Shown in pieces: positions 55,460 through 64,000 of a stretch of DNA of 64,000 bases. The notes under the pieces are model-generated. The model ran no database searches. It was given only the letters and a program-made list of their open reading frames with translations, and was not told the origin of the DNA. This DNA is from Azolla caroliniana (lineage: Eukaryota > Plantae > Polypodiophyta): contig JBHGNT010000005.1 in assembly GCA_043228905.1 (NCBI GenBank), positions 1,426,001 through 1,490,000 on the forward strand, given 5' to 3'. Every line of letters starts with the position of its first letter. Positions within the stretch are counted from its first letter, which is position 1. The position numbers and the translations under genes are program-made.

Positions 55460-58400
55460 TTAAGTGCGACACATACAATGAGAGAGAGGGTTTTCGTAAA
55501 TGTCATATGCAGGGAATGTTGGCTCTGGCAGTCCTGATCTGCTTTCATGTGTTACTACTACATCTTCCACGAAAGCTGGCCATCCTAGAGCAGGATCCCC
55601 CAAGAACTTTGCCATGAGACCTTTGTTGGGTTTAATAGATTTTAAGCGGTGACCCATGTATCGTCGAGCTCCAATGATGAGCTTCGCAAAGTTCCCACCA
55701 TGGGTCATCACAAATACATCTGACTTCAAACACACCAGAAAATCCAAGGCTGCCAAACTAGTCACATGTTTCCGAAAAGGCTCCAGCTCCTCTTTAGTAG
55801 CCAATCCCTCCTTTGTAACCTGATACAGGAAGAAAAGAGAAACACTGCCCTTGGTTATGGATCACTCATAGCACAATATAACACATGGAATAAGTATTTG
55901 TGCAATGTATAGCTTGCCAGGTTTGGAAACATGTTCCTCAAGGGTGCCATGCGTTTATCTCCACCATATACTTGTCCTGATGCAACATATATGGGTGTTT
56001 CTTTGGGGTACCCCATTGCCATAAGAATGACGGCAACCTCACTGGGCTCTAGTGGGCAACGCCCCTCCTTGCGCTTTTCTAAACCTAGCTGCCAAAGATG
56101 GGATCCATTCTGCGGGTAAAAATAAGACATTTACATATTAAAATCGCTCCCCCTGTGATTGATGAACTGCATACACAAGCCAACTCACATTCAATGAAAC
56201 CACTTTAGCACTCATAACATCACACGCTTTAATTTGAATTTCCTTCAATCAGATAACAAAACTTATTTTACATATTTACTTTTCTTTCCTTCAATCAGAT
56301 TTACTTTAGGGGTGAGGGGGGGAATTCCAAGCTCCAGAGAACCACAATTCTTTTAGATTAGAAAGGCCATAATGCACACATGTAGATTTCAACAGACAAT
56401 ATTATTTTACATTTGCGATGCAGAACAGCCAATGACTGAAATGATAAATGTATGAATTGCAAACCTATTGATAAAGCTGGAACCATTGAAATAGTTTCGG
56501 CACATGCTAATTCCAACCAGTTTGACTTCATGTCAATAATGCAATTTCTATTTTAGTTTATCCATGATCACTATGATAAGCATCAGGACGAACATGTGCC
56601 CAGGAACTTTTCAAATAAGCATCCAAAGCCTAAGGATACATTAGATAATGATATACTGCAGAATATGAGAATAATGATAATACTACGAGAGTTCAACATA
56701 GAAAGTAAAAGCAATAGCCTCTCGTACTGGGCTAAACCTTCTCGTTCAAAAGACTCAACATAAAAAGTTTTGATTTTGAGGAACCCATATGTTAGACACT
56801 CACGCGATTTGCTCATTAATTGCCCCTTTGGCTTTCAAGTTTCACAGTTGCATTGCACACAATCCAGACTATCTTGTAGGCATTTATACGATTCTCCTAC
56901 TCATTGACCTATACTGTGAATGTTTTGGCTCCTCTCCTTCTCTGTGAACTCCACAAATAAGCTTCTATCCTCATGTCTTCCAAAATGGTTTGCGTTCTAA
57001 ACATCTCTATTGTTCTATCTGCCTTTCACCTCTAGAATATCACAATTATATGATACATATGAAAGTGTTAGCACAAAAGAACTCCTGATCCTAGCTCCAT
57101 CATTTCCGATGTGATGGTTTACAAGGTCTGAGGGATTCATGTGAACATGAGATGTCTGGAGTGAAGCACCAAGGTAAGCATATTAGATGGGCACATGCCC
57201 CAATGATTTTAAGGTGAAGGGTAAGAAGCGAAGGACAAATCTAACACATGGACAGAATATGAAGAAAGACTGCTATAATTAACACACAACATTTTACTGT
57301 AGTGTCAAGATTTGAATTTCTGAAATCGGCGGTGAAGGATTCAGCAACTGGAACCAATATAAATGGTCGTTCTCTGTTTGTTGGTATTTTCTTGAGTTTA
57401 CTTACAAAATTCCTTCTCATGACTGTTGCTCTCTTAACTAACATCTCTCTATTCTCCTAGGCGCATAATGTCTTGGATTTGTATTTTGAACAGCTTTCTA
57501 ATCTCTCATTGATTTGTCAATGAAACTGGATAGTGACCCTTTTCATTTGAAAATCTCTGTGATACTGTTTAAGATGTTCAAAGCCAGAAATTCGTTTAGC
57601 TTAAGTCTTTTTATAATACTTTCCCAAATCATGAATTCTACCTGGGTACAAAAGGAAAATGAAGTCTACGATACATAAGATATTAAGTTGATCATGAGTT
57701 AACACACCTTATACCGTCGAGGCCATTCCTTTTGACGGTAAGCAGCCATCATAGCCTTCTCTTGCCTGTTGCCCACAAAGTCACAGAAGGAAAGGCCTAC
57801 CATTCCCTTCTCAAACCGCAAGTGCAAAGCCCTGCCAAGAAATTCCTAACGTTCAAACTGCTTTGTCTTATGGATGGATCAAAAACATGTAAGGGTGTAA
57901 TAGGTTTGCTTCGTCTTATATCAGTACAAAGGTTTGCTTACATGTAAGGGTGTAATAGGCCAGTGCGATTTTTCATCCTTGCCACCAAACCATCAGCCAT
58001 CTCTTCAACCTCTGGCAAGAACTTTAAAGCGTGATAATTAACTCTGCATCGAAGCATGTTTATTTCCGGAGGAACATTATCGTATCTGCCAATTCGATAT
58101 GCATAAGCGGATTAATGGTCAAAAATATTATCATGCGATGAACAAGAAGCCAGCATTACAGAACTAGAGATAAAATTTACCAACCCAAGTCTGTCAACAA
58201 AAGGCTTCAATGCCATAATTCTTTTCTCTTTGATCCTTGGTAAAACATTATCCAAATAAAATTGTGCCGATGCATATTTAGGAATGTTTTTCACTGTGCG
58301 TCTAGACAGAGAAGAAAGACTAAGTCAAGCGGTTATCTTCCAAATACAGCAATGACGATATTAGATTATTTCCAGCAGGTTGTTAGACACTAAATTCTAG

Positions 58401-61400
58401 TGTGAGTAACCTAATGCTTGTATACAGCTCTCCTTTGTCAGTAAACCACGAAGGGATCTCCTTCACTATCCGCACATCATCCTTCAAATAATTGATGAAA
58501 TGGTCAACGTCAAAAATATCTTCAAATTTTCTGCAAATATAATGAATTGAAACTGATCAATATCGATTTGTTTTGCAAAAACTAACAATACCCAAAACGT
58601 GGAAATTATGACATTCATCAGTAACATATAAAGAATGTTTGGAAGTGTGAAACAGAAATCAAAATTCAGATTGCTTGTCAAGCAATTTAAATTTATGACA
58701 TTAATCACTCACATAGAAAGAATGTTTGGATGTGTAAACAGAAATCAAAATTTAGATTGCCAACACTAGTAAGTCTACAGAATAAAAGTTAGAAGTGGGT
58801 CACATATGTATGAACCTCCATAAAAAGCAAAGAAGACTCAGATGTCATTTCATGAGAAATAGTGTTTTGCACGGGCAATCAACAACATAGAGATACAATG
58901 GATAAAACAGATGATATTAATAGTAGAGAAGCACTGAGGCGCAAACCAACCTGAGCTTTCTCGCTAACATTACATTAATAGATTCCCTAACAGCTAACCT
59001 ATTTACTGCATTACCTTCTCAACCAATCTCTAGCGACCATGGTCAGCAGAAAAGTTTGTGCTTGTTTGACAACCAACAAGATGTACCTACATTTGAAGGG
59101 CCAAATGATTAAGGTACTAATACACTATCTAGGATAACCGGATTCTATTATCACACTGCTCACCCATCTTGTGACAACAAGTATAAGAACTACTAAGTCT
59201 CTCAAAGTTTCTAAGTTCATGCATCTTGTTGGTTGCCATAGAGGTGGCCCACACGTTCCTCCTTTGTACAAAATAATTATTCCAGAAACACTGACATTTC
59301 AATGACATCTAAGCATCTCTTATTGACATGCCTAAGTTATTACATTACAGCAATATTGAACTAATCCCCTTGTGCGTGTTGAAGAAATTTCTCAGACAAA
59401 TATTGCCATTTCAATGAAATCTAAACATTGCTGACTGAAAAGTAACAGTGATTACATCAAATTAATATTGAACTAATCCCTTGACACATACTGAAGAAAT
59501 TTCTCAAGTAAGCAACTTGTTTTTTGTCATGTGTGTGCCCATCTCATTCTATGACGCTTAAGTTCATTCACAATAGTGAGTCACATTTGAGTGGGTACAT
59601 AACAAGAGGTGAAAGATGAATTAAAGTTCATTCACATTAGTGAGTTACATTTAAGTAGGCACATGACAGCATTGAAGAGGTGAAATATGAGTTGAAGTTG
59701 CTTGAAAGCACTGAAAAACTGAAAGAAAGTTAAAGTCTATAATTCAACAAATTTCCATCAGTTTTAAAAAAAACAAAGTATTTTATTAAATAAAGTCATA
59801 CAACCAAATATTCTTCAAAAACAAGCATGGTCAGCACAAGGACACTATGCTATGACAAATTTTAATGCAAAGCATATACAGCTTACGTTTCGTCCTTCCA
59901 TATTTGGTCTTGCTTCATCAGTGGGATGATTAACGTAACATTCATTATTTTTGCCACAGCAACAGCATTGCATATCTGCAACATAGGGGAGAACGACATA
60001 TGTCACAGCTGAAATTGGATAATAAAAGGAAGATAGTTGAGAAGACACACAGCAATGCGCTGCTGATTGAGTCCACCCTCTGCATGAACCGCAAGGTAAC
60101 CATTTGTCTCATTCTCAGGTGGAGGAGCTGTAGGTGGTAAATCAAAATATTTAGACATAATAAATCTGAACTATGAAACAACATCATGTAGATAAGGTAA
60201 CTTACAAGAAATTCCATAACCTCTCTTCTCAGCACATGGCCTCCAGGAAGTTGTTGCAGAGTATGGATTTTCCCAAAGTGAGGGTGCTTCGCGTACCTAA
60301 GATAAAAATGGAATAACAAGAAAAGACCAATACTGTCCAATAAATGGTTTGCGATAGAATGGCATATAAAGCTTGTAGGTAGCTTATGAGAAAATCAAAC
60401 AGAAATTGCAGTGCAGATAGTTGTTCTTTTGGTCAAGACTCAAGCATTTCCTTATACACAAAATAAGTGAATATCTAAAGCTAAGAGAGGGAAAGCAAGC
60501 ACTTCTGAAAGAGGAAGTGTTCCCACCAGACAGGTATATTAGATACCTAAACAGATTGATAAGAGTAAACCAAGAGTTTGCAGCTACAAATGTAAGATTA
60601 AAATGTTATTAATAAACCACATGAAGAAGGAAGAGATGCTGAAAAGAAAATTGGAACATAAAAAAAAAGGAAAATTATACTGCAACATTCTGTCGTATAC
60701 CAAACTTTAAAACAGTGACATCATCAGCTTTAGCATGAAATATCTGAAAGTGTCTCAGACATGTATGTAATATCCTGGGACTAAAATCTCATGACATGCT
60801 TGTGTGATAATGCCATTCACACACCAAATCTATTGAGGCTAACTTCTCCAAAAAGGTAGATGTCCCAGATAATAAGTTACAATTAATCTATCTTGTTATG
60901 AATCATTCTGATATGCGGCAACTTATCACACATCTATAATTGAATGGCAAACTAAATTTCATAATAGTCCCAGACATTCAACCAAAATTGCCAAACCTGT
61001 CAATAACCTGAAAACATTCATCGGGTAGATACTCAACATAGTATATTTCTTATCATTGCCTTTCATCTCCTTTTGCCATGTTTCTTGAAAATGAAGAAGC
61101 ACAAAATAGCCCAAAGGTTAACACTCTTCTATAAGAATTTATCAATATCTTGTGAGTTATGACCTCTAGAGAAATTGATTAATTTCTTGGTAAAACTCTT
61201 GCAGATTTTCCATTAATTTATACTCAAAAATTTATTTTTTTTCTTGGAAATATTTTAGTATTTTCCTCTCTGCTTCCACACTTCCAAATGGCACCTTACC
61301 ACTAGAACTGTGAATAGGGTTAATGTAGGCAAATTCCACTAATGGAAGAAACTTTTCTCAGTTTTTCCTTTCCTCGGACATGTAGCTTTAAACCAAATCC

Positions 61401-62256
61401 AATATGTATGAATTGGCATTAAAACACTTAACCATGCAGGGCACCCTCGTGAATGGTTTTGATAAAGGAGAGCTTCAAAGTGAGTCACATATACTCAAAC
61501 AGTATTGTCCAAAAAAAAATGTTCATCCTTGGATTGGATCTCTACCACTGACAAAAGATCACTAAAATACACAAAGATCGTATATAGTAGCTGCAAAGCC
61601 TTGGATCTAAAATATTCCCCATTACATTTGTGGTACATTCCCAGGGTTAATAGATTGGGCGCATAAACAGACTGCAATGTATATTTCCAAATACTGCACC
61701 AGAGGAATGAAATATGATAGAGATGCGTACCAGTGGACAACGCAGGGTTATGCCTTCTTTTTTGCAGAGAAAAGGAGGGTTCTTTGGATGCAGGAGCAAG
61801 AGAAAATAAAGAGATGAGATGAGAACAAAACAAAACAAATACAAAGGAAATGCAGTATAAAGTGGAAGAAAAAGGAGAGGGACTTACCACAAGATCCCGA
61901 AGAGATGGCAGGGTGAAGGCGAGGATGATAAGGAGGAGAGGTATCAGTAGGAGGGGGAGGGCGGTGCAGAGGTGTCGAGGGAGGAGATGAGCTGCAGCGG
62001 CAGCATAATCCTTCATAACACCACATGAATTGGGGGTTTTGTGAGTATGGGTACTTAATACAGTTGCAGCAGGAGCAGCCGATTCAGAAGCAGGGGAAGA
62101 AGGATGAGGAGGAGAGGAGGAAGAAGAAGGAGATGGTGATGGTGATGGTGATGGTGATGATGATGAAGACAATCCTCTGTTCTCTCGCTCCCTCCTGTCG
62201 ACAAGAGGGACGTCCAGCTGCTGCCTTGCACTGCCACTGTGCCTCATCTCCGCCAT
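55460..62256 (-). CDS. PAGR: O-fucosyltransferase-family (GT106) Golgi glycosyltransferase, PAGR-like, multi-exon
   Basis: MAEMRHS start, TM segment, [131 protein letters not shown]. Confidence 0.9.
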
Positions 62257-62302
62257 TGCAGCATTGCTCCCTCTCTCTCTCTCTCTCTTCGCTCCACATA
62301 CG

Positions 62303-62436
62303 TATGTATGTATGTATATGTATGTATGTGTGTATGTATGTACTATGTATGTATGTGTGTATGTATATACTATGTATGTGTGTATGTATGTACTATGTAT
62401 GTATGTGTGTATGTATATGTATGTATATGTATGTAC
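62303..62436. repeat. Compound (TATG)n microsatellite upstream of the PAGR-like gene
   Basis: Imperfect TATG/TGTG array; similar arrays occur near 1985-2025 and 24150-24172. Confidence 0.9.
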
Positions 62437-63439
62437 ATAAAATGAACCATACGTATCATACGTGCATTCGCATTCGAGAATGATTTAATCATACGTGTAT
62501 GGTAAATCATCTCAACGTTGGATTGGATAGATAAGAATGGTATTGATTGAATCACATGTCATCAAGTTTTCAATACTTTAGAAATTATTAAAGTACTAAA
62601 CATTAGAAAGAGAGAGAAAGAGGGACAGAGAGCAAGAGAGTGCCAGGTGTTATGAGCTATCAGCTAAAGCTTCAACTTCTATGGCAATATTACCAGGACC
62701 ATTCACCTTCCTTCTCTTCGTCCCCCCTTAGTTTGTTCCTATTGTTCTGATCACCGCCATCATCGTGATGACTCTGGTTCTGTTTTTGTTTCTGAGGATC
62801 ACCATGGTCCATGATTATGATTCATCTTATTCTGAGGATTACCATGACTATGATTCATCTGGTTCTGGCATTTGATTCTCGTTGACATGGTGGATCAAGC
62901 TTATGTTCTTCTTGCTCATATCATGTTGTTTTGAGATTAATGTTGGCTCTGAGCATGTCCCTGGTTCTAAGGATCTCCTCCCTCATCCTCTCCACGATCA
63001 TGAGCTACACCTACTTCCCAGAGCTCCACATCGCTCCCCATGAATTATACTGAGGAGGTTGAGATGTAGCAGAAGCCATGGAGCATTGCATCCATGGCCT
63101 GGCGGCAAAATCGTTGTAAAGAAGATTGCCATAGCCATACCCGTAGACTAGGTGGGAAGGAGGATCAAGAAACACAATAGAATGGTTGAAGAAATCGTGG
63201 CCACCAAGATATGGTGGATGAGTGGCAGAAGAAGATTCACGAGGAGGAGAGAGAGAGAGAGAGAGAGAAGTTAAAAAAAAGAGTAAAAAAAGTTTTTAAA
63301 AAAAGGAACACGTATTTTTCCCTTTTCAAACGTGTTCGTTTTCAAACGTTTGAATGCTTCCACGAACATGAATATTACGTTCTATGTGTATGTATATGAA
63401 TGTATGTGTATGTGTGTGTGTGTGTGTGTGTACGTGGTG

Positions 63440-64000
63440 TCTAACTACTACCAAATATTAAAGAGGGCAAGTGAGGGAATCGCGGAGAGGGACAATGCAG
63501 GTTGCTAGATGAGGACGCGTGCGATCTGCACTGTCCAATGTGGCTGTGGAAAAGGCGCGAAAAAGCGCGCCAATTAAAGAGGGAGCCCGTCTCATTAAAG
63601 AAGGGCCTCACTTTGTAAAAGGGAGCCCTTGTGGAAAAGGCGCGAAAAAGCACACCAATTAAAGAGGGAGCCCGTCTCATTAAAGAAGGGCTCCACTTTG
63701 TGAAAGGGAGCCCTTCTCATTAGTTTGAGGGAAGTATAAAAAGCCTTTTTTCTGTCATTTTTTTCCTGTTTGCAAACAAGAAGCATGAGGTTTAGGGTTT
63801 AGGGTTTTTGAGCGCGCCGCACCACCTGCTGTCTGCGAGCACCTGTTGTAGACATCTTCAGTGAGGCACGACACCTGTTGTCCGCGAGCACCTACAGTCC
63901 AAAGGTAGGTATCATATTCCTTCTATTAGGTTAAGGTTTTTATTAGGTATCATATTCATTCTATTAGGTATTTATTCCTTCTATTAGGTTTAGGTTTTAT
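63440..64000 (+). mobile_element. Probable 5' end of a Helitron-like element running off the window, with a 2 x 85-bp tandem repeat
   Basis: Begins TCTAACTACTACCAAATATTAAAG, resembling plant Helitron 5' ends (TCT..TACTAC...TAAG). 85-bp units start at 63546 and 63631, followed by TTTAGGG motifs and short subterminal repeats. The preceding base is G rather than the expected A, and no 3' end is visible. Confidence 0.4.

Noticed and set aside
62025-62555. Several ORFs rich in M/Y/V/C or H/T
   Set aside because: Translations of microsatellites and of the PAGR first exon in other frames.

Overview
Eukaryotic (land-plant) nuclear DNA with short GT-AG introns and many microsatellites. A secreted cyanovirin-N homologue and a fern-type PLS-PPR-DYW gene point to a fern (inference; species not determinable). 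Ten protein-coding genes can be assembled by hand from splice signals: a PPR-DYW editing factor (+), then nine consecutive minus-strand genes: eRF3 (16 exons), eRF1 (intronless CDS), an atypical E2F/DEL (12 exons), Exo70, a LACS8/9-type acyl-CoA synthetase, a Gly/Asn-rich 8-Cys-motif protein, a CVNH lectin, a 7-exon 273-aa gene of unknown function almost invisible in the ORF track, and a PAGR-like O-fucosyltransferase-family gene. The most striking structure is a translation-termination locus, with eRF1 directly upstream of its partner eRF3. The eRF1 stop is UGA-C, followed by a stem-loop, a 35-codon open frame and a second stop. A 3'UTR intron donor lies 134 nt after the first stop but only 26 nt after the second, which is the geometry of a readthrough/NMD autoregulatory switch. 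This eRF1 reads NIKN instead of NIKS. The eRF3 has three overlapping PAM2-like motifs and candidate poison exons. Intergenic DNA holds small degenerate transposon remnants, hairpins and short tandem duplications. All gene models are manual and unverified by transcripts.
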